From Phototrophicaceae bacterium (GTDB lineage: Bacteria > Chloroflexota > Anaerolineae > Aggregatilineales > Phototrophicaceae), in NCBI GenBank assembly GCA_965207295.1, contig OZ242275.1, positions 3,503,456 through 3,567,455 of the forward strand: a DNA stretch of 64,000 nucleotides, in the 5' to 3' direction. The notes below the pieces were generated by a model. That model was not told the origin of the DNA. It ran no database searches and was given only the letters and a program-made list of their open reading frames with translations. The position numbers and the translations under genes are program-made. This document shows, piece by piece, positions 18,246-27,573 of this stretch. The first letter of the stretch is position 1. Every line of letters starts with the position of its first letter.

Positions 18246-19700
18246 ATGCCAAACTTGCGCAGCCTGACAACGGAGCGCGCTGCGGGGATAATCGTTTTTC
18301 TACTAATCTTCGCTATGTCAAGTCGCGTCTCGATTGATGCCGATATGTGGTGGCACCTTCGTCTTGGCGAGCAGACCCTCGAAACTGGCCAGCCCGTTTA
18401 TGCCGACGGTTTTTCACATTCGAGTGTTGGGGTCATTCACCAGAATCACAGTTGGCTGGCTCAGGTGGTTATGTTTGGCTTTTGGCGCCTGGCTGGCCAC
18501 CTGGGCTTGACAATTTATGTGTCCGCGCTCGCAACCTCCGGCATCTTCTTCCTCTATCGCGCGGGAAGGGGCAGCATTTACACGCAGTCTTTTGCGCTCA
18601 TATTTGGCGCGGCCTGCGCCGCCGCTTTCTGGTCGCCGCGACCGCAGATGTTCACCTTTTGCTTAAGCGCTCTTTTGGTCTACTTGCTCTTTGATCTCAA
18701 GCGCCGGGGAAGGGACAGGCTCATCTGGCTGCCCGTACTGCTGTGGTTTTGGGGCAATAGCCACGGCGGCTATGTGTTCGGCTTCGTTTTGATTGGCGCC
18801 TTCGCACTGGGTGAAACGCTAAACAAAGCCTTCGCCAGCGGCAGCACGCCCGTCCCGATTAATAAGATTAGGAAGCTCATTTCGATTGCGCTGCTGTCGC
18901 TGCTGATCCTGCCGCTTAATCCGCTTGGCTTGGAGGTCATTGCGGTTCCCTTTGACACATTCGGCATCAGCGGGCTGCGAGAATACATTCAGGAATGGCA
19001 ATCACCTGACCTCAGCCAGCCCTATACCTGGGGCTTCGTCATTCTGCTGCTAATGCTGCTTGGCGCCATTTTGGCGAGCCGGCGCCGCTTGGATTGGACA
19101 GAGGCAGTTTTTATCGTAGGAACGTTCTGCCTTGCACTGCTTTCCGGACGGAATCTCCCGTTATTCGCGATTGCCGCTGTACCCATTGCGACGTGTCACA
19201 TCGACGAAGCGCTGACGCGCCGCAGTTGGTCGATCCAGCGACGCCCGCGCGAGTCGCCGTACCGCGTCATAATCAATCTCGCTCTGATCGGCCTTGTTGC
19301 CGCTGGCGCCCTTCTGCGCCTGGAATACGTATCGAACGAAAACACCGTGAATGCCGCCGTGGCGCACAACTGGCCCGTTGACGCTATCCGTCACTTGAAT
19401 GCGCGGGCGGACGCTGGCAATCTGTTCAACAGCTACAATTGGGGTGGCTATCTCATTTTCGCCGCGCGCAACCATCCGGTCTTTATCGATGGGCGGACGG
19501 ACCTGCATCATGATTTGCTGGCTGACTATGTCGCCGCCCTGGGTGGGCGAGCTTGGCGGGCTGTCTTTGAAAAATGGGATATCGCCATTGCCTTGATCGA
19601 AACGAACAGTGGGCTTGCGGCGCAGCTTGAAGCCGCGACCGATTGGCAACTTGATTACGCTGATGATTTGGCGAGCCTATACGTGAGAATCCAGCCATGA
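18246..19700 (+). CDS. Polytopic membrane protein, possible GT-C-fold glycosyltransferase
   Basis: About 11 predicted TM helices followed by a soluble C-terminal region (NSYNWGGYLIF...VFIDGRTDL). Assigned from general architecture only. Confidence 0.5.
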   Translation: MPNLRSLTTERAAGIIVFLLIFAMSSRVSIDADMWWHLRLGEQTLETGQPVYADGFSHSSVGVIHQNHSWLAQVVMFGFWRLAGHLGLTIYVSALATSGIFFLYRAGRGSIYTQSFALIFGAACAAAFWSPRPQMFTFCLSALLVYLLFDLKRRGRDRLIWLPVLLWFWGNSHGGYVFGFVLIGAFALGETLNKAFASGSTPVPINKIRKLISIALLSLLILPLNPLGLEVIAVPFDTFGISGLREYIQEWQSPDLSQPYTWGFVILLLMLLGAILASRRRLDWTEAVFIVGTFCLALLSGRNLPLFAIAAVPIATCHIDEALTRRSWSIQRRPRESPYRVIINLALIGLVAAGALLRLEYVSNENTVNAAVAHNWPVDAIRHLNARADAGNLFNSYNWGGYLIFAARNHPVFIDGRTDLHHDLLADYVAALGGRAWRAVFEKWDIAIALIETNSGLAAQLEAATDWQLDYADDLASLYVRIQP

Positions 19701-20245
19701 AACGCGCCTACCGCGAGCGCGCTTTAAGCCGCCTTTGCGAAGATCTGCAGAGCGATGACTTCGATGTGCGCGAGTACGCCCTGTTTCAACTGGTGTTGTT
19801 GCTTCGGCGCGCCAAGCCCGATATATCCGCTGACGATATTTCCGCCGGCGAGCAGTTGTCGCGCGAACTGCAGCGCATTCGCTTGTCGCCCGCCGATCAG
19901 GCGACTATCGTGGAGCGTCTCATACGCCTGATTTCGCGGTATGAGGACAGTCGCGCAAGCGTATTTTGGGCGCTGGGCGATGTCTCGGCAAATGTCGCTT
20001 GCGCTCGCGCCTCCGCCGCAATTGGAGAATTCGGCGACCAATTCAGCGGCGAGGCGGCTTTTCAAGCATGCCAGGCGCTGACGATCTGGCTGAATTCTGA
20101 TGACTTTGATCTGAGCCTGGCTGATGCGCTGCGCGCCGAAAAGAAGCCGCTGCGCCTGCTATCGCGCTGGGCGCGCGCTTCTGACGCGCGATTGGCGAAT
20201 TGCGCGAACGCGGTCATGAGCCGCTTACGCGCGCTCTCCGACTAG
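19697..20245 (+). CDS. Hypothetical helical-repeat (HEAT-like) protein
   Basis: 182 aa, Leu/Ala/Arg-rich helical repeats. ATG overlaps the upstream stop (ATGA). No motif I recognise. Confidence 0.45.
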   Translation: MKRAYRERALSRLCEDLQSDDFDVREYALFQLVLLLRRAKPDISADDISAGEQLSRELQRIRLSPADQATIVERLIRLISRYEDSRASVFWALGDVSANVACARASAAIGEFGDQFSGEAAFQACQALTIWLNSDDFDLSLADALRAEKKPLRLLSRWARASDARLANCANAVMSRLRALSD

Positions 20246-20318
20246 CGGACTTATGATGTGGCGACAATCTGAACTATAATTGGGCTGGGCGCCGACCAGC
20301 GAATCGAGAGACGCGAAC

Positions 20319-21062
20319 ATGTCTGACTTATTCGATAAAATCTCTACTTTGATTAATGCGCAATTTAACGACTTGCTGGGCAGGAACCCGCGGTCGCCCC
20401 TCGCGCGCATAAGGCTAAACGCTGAAGACGCGGATAAGAATCCCCGCCATTCCGCTCGCAGCTTGCGCCAGCGGCTGGAAGAAGCGATCGAATATGAAGA
20501 TGAATTGCAGGCGGCAGTCGATGAACGTATGCGCGCGGTTGTCGAGTTGGACAAGCTGGTGGATGAAATGCTGCGCAGCGGCGACGAGTTTTCGGCGCAG
20601 CGCTTGCAAGGGCAGCTCAATATGAAACAGCAGCATCTATCTATCGCCGAATCGGAACTCCGCGACCACCGCTTGATGACAGGCCATCTGTTACAAGAAT
20701 TGGGTACGCTCGAGATGGCGCTCGATAACCAGGAAAAGCGGAATCAAGCGCTGCCCTCGGCTTCCACCGGGAAAACGCGAATCCCGATTGACGGCCTTGG
20801 CTCGCCGGACAAGCAGCGCGCAATAGTCAAACGATCGTTTATGGACGCGGTGACCAACAAGTTTGATGAGACGCGCGCAAACCTCGAAAACTTGCTCGAT
20901 AATTCGCCAGCGCCTGAGCGCGCAGGTCGCCCGAGCGGCATTCAGCGGTTTGAAATCGTGGACGAAGAACCGGATCCGCGCCAGCCGAAGCCGCGCAAGA
21001 AAGACGAGCCCGACATGAACGCGCGTTTGTCGCGGCTAAGCAAACCAGACAAAGACGAATAA
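20319..21062 (+). CDS. Divergent PspA/IM30-like coiled-coil protein
   Basis: The N-terminus MSDLFDKISTLINAQFNDLL resembles the PspA/Vipp1 amphipathic helix, followed by a coiled-coil and a disordered charged tail. A TATAAT box lies at 20275-20280. Confidence 0.5.
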   Translation: MSDLFDKISTLINAQFNDLLGRNPRSPLARIRLNAEDADKNPRHSARSLRQRLEEAIEYEDELQAAVDERMRAVVELDKLVDEMLRSGDEFSAQRLQGQLNMKQQHLSIAESELRDHRLMTGHLLQELGTLEMALDNQEKRNQALPSASTGKTRIPIDGLGSPDKQRAIVKRSFMDAVTNKFDETRANLENLLDNSPAPERAGRPSGIQRFEIVDEEPDPRQPKPRKKDEPDMNARLSRLSKPDKDE

Positions 21063-21079
21063 TGAGCGACCAGTCTGAG

Positions 21080-21862
21080 CTAGCCCGCGCCCTGAAGTCG
21101 GGAATCAAGCGCTTCGATCAAATCTTGCATGGAGCGTTCGAGATAGGGGAAGCCCAACCAGGCGCTCATCAGCCCAAACAGTCCGCCCGTGATGATGCGG
21201 AAGAACGGCTCGGTCTCGCGAACGGGCCAGAACTCGAATGGCGGGTAGCTTAAGAGTTGACTGAATCCATCAAGCCCCACGGGACCAAGCCCGACAAAGA
21301 GATAAAGCCAAAATGGCAGCGGCCTGATCCGCCAGCGAAAATGCCGGTAAATCATGCCGCCGACGAATAACATCGTGTAAATTGCGAGGTCGCGCGCGCA
21401 AAGGCTGGTCTTATAGCCGATGGCTTCGTCGCCGATGAAATGACGCGCGGCGAATTGCTGGACGACGCTGAATTCGGCGAGCCCCTCAACGTTTGCCGGC
21501 GGCGCTGGCGATCGTCCGCCGAATACGCTCGTCCAATAACGATACTGATCTTTGAAAGCCTCCGACTCGCTGGCGAACATCTCGAAGGGCGCGTATCCGC
21601 TTCGGGCTGCTTCACGCGGGTAGAAAGCCTGCTCGCCAAACAAGAATGGCGAGCGAAAGGCGAATTGGTGACAGAACGGGCTATAGAGCGTGTAAATGAA
21701 ATCTGCGGGCGCATTCAGCCCGAGCTTCGCCAGCGTCGGCGCCAGCCAAGGCAAGCTAATGTATAGCGCAAGCGCAGTTAAGATTATCCGCAGCCAATGC
21801 CGCGCCAGACATAGCAGCAGGCGATTTAACCGAGCGGCAATAGCGCCAAATGCCCATCTCAA
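21080..21862 (-). CDS. DUF2085-like integral membrane protein
   Basis: Multi-TM protein with the conserved Cys-His context (YSPFCHQFAFRS, LCARDLAIY) that I associate with DUF2085. TTG start. Confidence 0.6.
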   Translation of the reverse strand: MRWAFGAIAARLNRLLLCLARHWLRIILTALALYISLPWLAPTLAKLGLNAPADFIYTLYSPFCHQFAFRSPFLFGEQAFYPREAARSGYAPFEMFASESEAFKDQYRYWTSVFGGRSPAPPANVEGLAEFSVVQQFAARHFIGDEAIGYKTSLCARDLAIYTMLFVGGMIYRHFRWRIRPLPFWLYLFVGLGPVGLDGFSQLLSYPPFEFWPVRETEPFFRIITGGLFGLMSAWLGFPYLERSMQDLIEALDSRLQGAG

Positions 21863-21874
21863 TTTCGAAATCGC

Positions 21875-22438
21875 TCAGATCCCTCGGCCGATGCGGCTCA
21901 CATCCCGGCGCAGTTGTTCAATTGTCACGGGTCCGTAGTACAGCCGCCGAATACGACTATCGCCATCCAATACGGCTGTCGTCGGCAATCCGCGGACCTG
22001 ATACAGTTTGGCTACGACTCCGTGCCTGTCCAGCAGAACATCGTAGGTCAGGCCTAGCTGTGCGGCCCACTTGCGCGCCGCCTGAACGCTCTCGCCCAGG
22101 TTCACCGCCAATATGCGCGCTTTCCCCGGATGGCTGATGTAAAGCCGCTGAAGGTCGCGCATTTCACGCTGGCAGGGCGGGCACCAGGTCGCCCAGAAAT
22201 TGATGATGGTGATCGTTCCGCGAACTTCCGCGAGAGAGAACATCCCGGAATCCGCGGTCGGCAGCGAAAATGGCGGCGCCAGCGCTCCAACTTCAGGCGC
22301 TTTGATCTGACCGTCTTCGGCTCTAAGACCGCTGAAATCGCCGCGCTCGGGCAAACCAACGCCGGTAAAGACCGCAAATGCCGCGCCCAGAGACAAGAAC
22401 GCGGCGAGCAAATGCAGCAGGCGATTCAGCTTCGACAT
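21875..22438 (-). CDS. Membrane-anchored TlpA/ResA-like thioredoxin
   Basis: N-terminal anchor (LLHLLAAFLSLGAAFAVF) and WATWCPPCQREMRDL. Confidence 0.85.
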   Translation of the reverse strand: MSKLNRLLHLLAAFLSLGAAFAVFTGVGLPERGDFSGLRAEDGQIKAPEVGALAPPFSLPTADSGMFSLAEVRGTITIINFWATWCPPCQREMRDLQRLYISHPGKARILAVNLGESVQAARKWAAQLGLTYDVLLDRHGVVAKLYQVRGLPTTAVLDGDSRIRRLYYGPVTIEQLRRDVSRIGRGI

Positions 22439-22457
22439 TGAGAGCGGGCGATTGAGC

Positions 22458-24422
22458 TCATGCTTGAGCCAATGCTTCGTCCAAGAGTTCGCTCAGCTGC
22501 GACTCGGTCATGATGCCAAAGTGCCGCGCCAGAATGACGCCGTCGCGATCTAGCAAGTACGAGCTTGGCCGCGTCTGTATGCCGTAGGCGTCATTGATTT
22601 CGCCGCTTCCATCCAGCGCTAGTGGAAAAGTCAAGGCATATTCATCGCGGAAGGCGGCCATCGCTTCTTCGGTGTCGTTATAGGCAATGGCGAGGATATC
22701 AAAACCTTGCGCGTTCCACTGCTCGTAGGCTTTCTGGAATTCCGGCATTTCGCGCCGGCATGGGCCGCACCAGGTGCCCCAGAAATTCAGCAAGACGACG
22801 CGGCCGCGCAGATCAGCTAACGCAACGATGTCATCGTCGAGCGTTTCAATCGTAAACTCTGGCGCGCGATTGCCCTCGGCCAATCCAACCGCTGGCGCCA
22901 ATTCAGCGGCGATATCCGTGAAGCTGTTCATTGAATCGTCAGCGGGCGGCGTCTCTCCCGCGCTCGCATTGGCCGGCTCGGAAGGCGAGGACCCCGCCGT
23001 CGCCTCGATTGCTTGCGCTTCGCGTACCTTCACACGGAACCTTGATGTTGCTGTTGCCGCTGCATTGCGCAGCGCAACGCGATATATGCCGTCGCTTGGG
23101 AGCTCTATGAGCGTTAAGGGATACAAACGCTCGTCGGATTCAATACTATCCGCCTTGTTTGCGCGCGCGAGTTCCGCGTCCGCCGGACCAAAGAGAATCA
23201 ACTCAAAATCAGGCGCCGCTTCATTGATGCTGCGCACTTCGACATCGATCATCATCCCGGCTTTTGCATGGAAGAGGAATTCCTGTTCCGGCGTATCTGG
23301 CGCGAAGACACCACTGGCGCTCTGGTTGATCGCCACTGGTACCAGGGAACCGCCGAGGCAGGCGCCCACGTGGCTCAAGCCCAATTCGCCATCAAAGAAA
23401 CCGACCCCGCATTCTTCGACGCGGAAGGTGAAATCGGCGAATTCGCCCCGAGAAAATGTCTGGCTGAGGCTTTGCAGCTGACCGCTGGCGACCAGTATGC
23501 CAATGGCGATCAGGAGCGAACCGCTTAACAGCTCAATCTTGCGCATGTGACGCTGCAGGCGGCGAAGCAAACCACCCGCGCTATTCATCAGCAGCGCGGT
23601 AATGATGAAGGGGATGCCCAAGCCGATCGAGTAGGCTGCCAGCAACAGCATGCCCTGGGCGATGTCGCCGCTGGTGGCGCCGCTCGCCGCCGCTACCGTC
23701 AAGATCGTCCCAAGCAGCGGACCGATACAAGGCGTCCAGCCGGCGGAGAACACCATGCCCATAAACGTGGAGCCAAGCAGCCCCTCGCGCCCGCTCCCGC
23801 CGATGTCGGCGCGCGTATCCGAATACAGCATGGATTCGAGCCGTTCCAGGGCGCTGTGCCAGAAGGTCGCCGGCTCGCTAAAGGCGCCTTTGACGTAGAG
23901 CGCAATCACAAGCGCGGCGCTAAGTGGCAGAGCCGCCGCGATTTGTTCTAGGAAGGCCCAGTACAGCAGAGCGCTGGCAGCGATGGCGAAGCCGATGCTG
24001 AACAAGATATTGTCCAAAATGCCGGCTTGCCCTTTCTTGCGCAGCCAGTTGAAGAAGCGCGGCATAACGCCCATGAACTGGAAACCGAAAAAGATGATCA
24101 CCAAGCCGCCGACCCGACCGAGAATCTCAGTAAATGTGCTGACGTGCTGGCCCGCCAGGCTGGAAAGCGCGGTGGTGAATAAGCCGATGAGCACGAAAAC
24201 AATGGTGAAGCCGAGGACGAACGCAAAACCATGCAACAGCATTTGCAGACGCAGAGCCAGATTGACCGAGGCGGCCGAGCCCGCTGCCGTTTGTCGGCTG
24301 ACGTTATGCGTCAGGCGCCCGCCCATATAACCGATATAGGCTGGCACCAGCGGCAGCACGCAAGGCGATATGAACGACAATATGCCCGCAACCAGCGCTA
24401 GCCCAATTGATACATTATCCAT
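22458..24422 (-). CDS. CcdA/DsbD-type transmembrane electron transporter fused to an unknown extracytoplasmic domain and a TlpA-like thioredoxin
   Basis: CcdA core with both conserved cysteines (FISPCVLPLVP, WTPCIGPLLG). A ~200-aa beta-rich middle domain follows, then a C-terminal FWGTWCGPCRREMPEF. ATG 24422 is preceded by GGAGG; the ORF-track start at 24464 is less likely. Confidence 0.8.
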   Translation of the reverse strand: MDNVSIGLALVAGILSFISPCVLPLVPAYIGYMGGRLTHNVSRQTAAGSAASVNLALRLQMLLHGFAFVLGFTIVFVLIGLFTTALSSLAGQHVSTFTEILGRVGGLVIIFFGFQFMGVMPRFFNWLRKKGQAGILDNILFSIGFAIAASALLYWAFLEQIAAALPLSAALVIALYVKGAFSEPATFWHSALERLESMLYSDTRADIGGSGREGLLGSTFMGMVFSAGWTPCIGPLLGTILTVAAASGATSGDIAQGMLLLAAYSIGLGIPFIITALLMNSAGGLLRRLQRHMRKIELLSGSLLIAIGILVASGQLQSLSQTFSRGEFADFTFRVEECGVGFFDGELGLSHVGACLGGSLVPVAINQSASGVFAPDTPEQEFLFHAKAGMMIDVEVRSINEAAPDFELILFGPADAELARANKADSIESDERLYPLTLIELPSDGIYRVALRNAAATATSRFRVKVREAQAIEATAGSSPSEPANASAGETPPADDSMNSFTDIAAELAPAVGLAEGNRAPEFTIETLDDDIVALADLRGRVVLLNFWGTWCGPCRREMPEFQKAYEQWNAQGFDILAIAYNDTEEAMAAFRDEYALTFPLALDGSGEINDAYGIQTRPSSYLLDRDGVILARHFGIMTESQLSELLDEALAQA

Positions 24423-24632
24423 TCTTGAATCCTCCGAAGATTCGTGGCCTATCCGCGACTTCAAGTCTATAGCGCGATATCATTGACGGTCACGCCTACA
24501 GCTTACGAGAGCCTTGCCCAAGGCTAAAGTATTCATTATCAGTCATAGTTTGGCGCGCCTGCCAAGCATGTGTATTGGTCGTCAGCCGGTGGCATCCTTG
24601 AGCGTTCATCATATTTCGATTGAAGACAGCCG

Positions 24633-25973
24633 CTAATCTTCCGCATCCAGAATCCGCTGCAAGAGCGCAGCCTCGTCTTCGGCGGAACAGATTTCGCAGT
24701 CAATCCAGGCAAAGCGCAGCCGGTCGAGTATCTGACGAAAGAGCGGTCCCGGCGCAAGTCCCCGTGCGGTCAATTCATCGCCGGTAATCGTCGGGCGGCG
24801 CCAGCGCCAATCGGATGCGTAAGCCGCAATCAGGGCTTGCACAGACGGTTTCTCTTCAGCGAGCAGCCAGTTTGCCTGTAGCGCGATATCGGGAAACTCA
24901 TCCAGAAGCAGGGCAACCCGGCTTGGACGAATATCAGGATCGTCAAGCAGGCAAATCTGTTCACGCAGCCTCGCGCTCGCCGTGATTGCCTGAGTCAGCT
25001 TGTTCGTCAGCGCCAGCCGTTCGCATAGGCTTTGCGCTTCCACGCTGCCGATGCCAGCCATGAGCGCAATCCAGCTTAGCGTCTGCATGTCGCCTGCCGC
25101 GGTTGACCAAGGCGGTGATAGCTTTTGGCAGCGCGTGAGTAATTCCGGCAGCTGTGAACTGATGCGGAATGTCGGATGGATGTGCGCCAGCGCGCCCAGT
25201 TCTTGCAGCCGCAGCATCGTCTCGCCTGCCTTGGTCTCATGCAAGATCAAGCCAATTTCATTACTCAGCCGTTGACCGGTCATGCGCGCCAAATAGGGCA
25301 GCGCCATTTCGATCCACTCTGAGGAATCGGCTTCCAACTCGAATCCAAGCCGATCCGCATAGCGCAGCGCCCGCAAGATGCGCGTCGGATCATCGACGAA
25401 GCTCTGATCATGCAGCGCGCGTATCTTGCTACGCTTAAGATCATCAATGCCATCGCAGAAATCAAGCAATGGCCAAGGCTCTATCTGCGGGCTGACCTGA
25501 ATCGCCAACGCATTGACGCTGAAATCTCGCCGCCGTAAATCGCTTTCGATGTCGGCGGGCGCCACGGCCGGCAGCGCAGCCGGACGCGCATAGGATTCGG
25601 AGCGCGCCATCACGAAGTCTATGCTGGCGGGCAGTTCACCAACTGCAAGCGAAAGACTGTCGGCGACGCAAGTGTCCAAGATCCATTTTGCTGTTCCAAA
25701 TGGCTGATGTATATCGACGGCGCCGCCGAAAGATTTCGACAGAAGTCTTGCAAATCCGATGGCATCGCCTTCAAGCACAAAATCGAGGTCCAGCGTTCCC
25801 CGATTCAGCAGCAGGTCGCGCACAAAACCGCCAGCGATATAAAGCGCCAGATTCCTCTTTTGCGCCATATACGATATAAGCTCAATAAACTTGGCGCCGT
25901 GCTCGCCGAGAATAAGTCGCATGTCGCTAAGTTTGATATTCGAGGAAGCGCCAACTTCAACCGCGCAAGACAT
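24633..25973 (-). CDS. tRNA nucleotidyltransferase / poly(A) polymerase family protein (CCA-, CC- or A-adding)
   Basis: Head-domain motif GGFVRDLLLNRGTLDLDFV and RRDFSVNALA. No HD domain is evident. Confidence 0.8.
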   Translation of the reverse strand: MSCAVEVGASSNIKLSDMRLILGEHGAKFIELISYMAQKRNLALYIAGGFVRDLLLNRGTLDLDFVLEGDAIGFARLLSKSFGGAVDIHQPFGTAKWILDTCVADSLSLAVGELPASIDFVMARSESYARPAALPAVAPADIESDLRRRDFSVNALAIQVSPQIEPWPLLDFCDGIDDLKRSKIRALHDQSFVDDPTRILRALRYADRLGFELEADSSEWIEMALPYLARMTGQRLSNEIGLILHETKAGETMLRLQELGALAHIHPTFRISSQLPELLTRCQKLSPPWSTAAGDMQTLSWIALMAGIGSVEAQSLCERLALTNKLTQAITASARLREQICLLDDPDIRPSRVALLLDEFPDIALQANWLLAEEKPSVQALIAAYASDWRWRRPTITGDELTARGLAPGPLFRQILDRLRFAWIDCEICSAEDEAALLQRILDAED

Positions 25974-25993
25974 GGCTCAAACCTGTGCCGGGC

Positions 25994-26386
25994 TTATGTC
26001 GGCGCGACCCAGGGACCGACTAGCTCGCGCTCCATCATGCTGAGCGAGGTGGTGAAGTTGAAGAATGCCAGCAGCGCATAGGCGAGGGCGGCGCGTTTGT
26101 CGTCCCGGCCGCTCATCAGGCTGAATAATCCCGGCATAATGATCGCCAGCCAGAGCATATAGAGCAAGTATACGACGACGCGTCCCGAGCGGGGCTGGTA
26201 GCCCGTTAGCAGCAGCAGGACGCCAACTGCCAGCGTCACGCCCGCCAGCAGCGCATAGGTGACAACCGCCCCCCAGTAATGACCTGAAATTAGCGTTTGC
26301 TTGCCGGCCATGAAGGCTGCCCAAAGACCCAAAGCCAACGAATACATGATGTGCATTGTAAATAGTATTTGGTGCAGGTCCGCCAT
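25994..26386 (-). CDS. Small 4-TM membrane protein, unknown function
   Basis: 130 aa, four hydrophobic helices. Sits in an operon position between the UbiA gene and the nucleotidyltransferase. Confidence 0.5.
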   Translation of the reverse strand: MADLHQILFTMHIMYSLALGLWAAFMAGKQTLISGHYWGAVVTYALLAGVTLAVGVLLLLTGYQPRSGRVVVYLLYMLWLAIIMPGLFSLMSGRDDKRAALAYALLAFFNFTTSLSMMERELVGPWVAPT

Positions 26387-26446
26387 TTTCAGCCACCACG
26401 GCTATTGATCTCAATGTCATTTTATCATATTGCGCCGCGGAAGCGC

Positions 26447-27364
26447 TCACATAATTGTGATCCAGCCCAAGTTGGATGCCAGCCAAATTAAAGCCAGCAG
26501 ATTGGCGATGATCAGACCAGGCCGCTGCACGTTGCCGCCATCTTGCGCCAGGTTTCCGCGCATATCATGTTCCCACGGGAAAATAATGGTCGTGACGACC
26601 CCAATGATCAGAATCGTGCCGAGCCACGTTGGGAAAAGCCCTTGCAGGATTGCGGCAAGTATACAGATTAGCGCGATGATGATTGAGAGATGACCCAGAA
26701 CTGATGTCGGACCTTTGCCAAGAAGCACGGCCGTGTTCTTCAATCCGGCTGCTTTGTCCACCTCATAATCGACCACCTGATTGTAGAATTGCCCATAGGC
26801 GGAGAATAAGCTGGCGGCGGCGATAACAAGCCAAACATCCCGCGGCTCTGAGCCATAGGTGAAGAATCCGGCCGCGATTAACAAGCCGCTGAGCATCAGC
26901 GCGTGCGAGACTACATCCGATATCGGGCGCGCCTTCAATCGGAATGGGTGCGCCGAGTATAGATAGCAAAGCGCAAGTATTGCCGCCCCCGTCACAAGCG
27001 CTGGCGCGCCGCTTGCCCCATATAAAGCGAGGGCGCTAAAGAATGTCAAGGCGCTCAGGATCATGCCTTCGCGGCGGCTCAATAATCCGCTGCTGATTAC
27101 GTTGTGCCGCCGCTTGCGCTGATCTAGCTCGTCATCGGGCGCGTCTTCAATATTGTTGACCATGAACGCGAACGACATCGCCAACACATTGGCGGCCAAA
27201 ACCGCAAATAGGCGCCAATCAACCCGGGTAGCCTCCGGCTCAACGGCCAGCAAACCGCCAATTATTGTGAGCGGTATAGTGAAGGGCACGTGCTCGCGCC
27301 AGCGCGACAAGCGAATGATGGCGATGAGCTTGCTATCGTGACTGGCATCGGTTTTGACGGTCAT
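26447..27364 (-). CDS. UbiA-family prenyltransferase
   Basis: Asp-rich motif NNIEDAPDDELD and a polytopic membrane profile. Confidence 0.8.
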   Translation of the reverse strand: MTVKTDASHDSKLIAIIRLSRWREHVPFTIPLTIIGGLLAVEPEATRVDWRLFAVLAANVLAMSFAFMVNNIEDAPDDELDQRKRRHNVISSGLLSRREGMILSALTFFSALALYGASGAPALVTGAAILALCYLYSAHPFRLKARPISDVVSHALMLSGLLIAAGFFTYGSEPRDVWLVIAAASLFSAYGQFYNQVVDYEVDKAAGLKNTAVLLGKGPTSVLGHLSIIIALICILAAILQGLFPTWLGTILIIGVVTTIIFPWEHDMRGNLAQDGGNVQRPGLIIANLLALIWLASNLGWITIM

Positions 27365-27573
27365 GGCGCTCAGATCTCAATTCAGTGAAACGCCGGACAT
27401 AATCTGCCAAGCATAGCACAATTCAGGACGAGGGCACTACAGCGCGGTTGCGAACGCCGGCTTGCTCACGACAGCCACTCGGCGGAAGCGAAGAGAATCA
27501 AGCGCTACTTCACAAAAGAACAAGTCTTTCTATTGCGCGCGCATAGGGGTTTATCAAAAATGTAGAGATTAGT

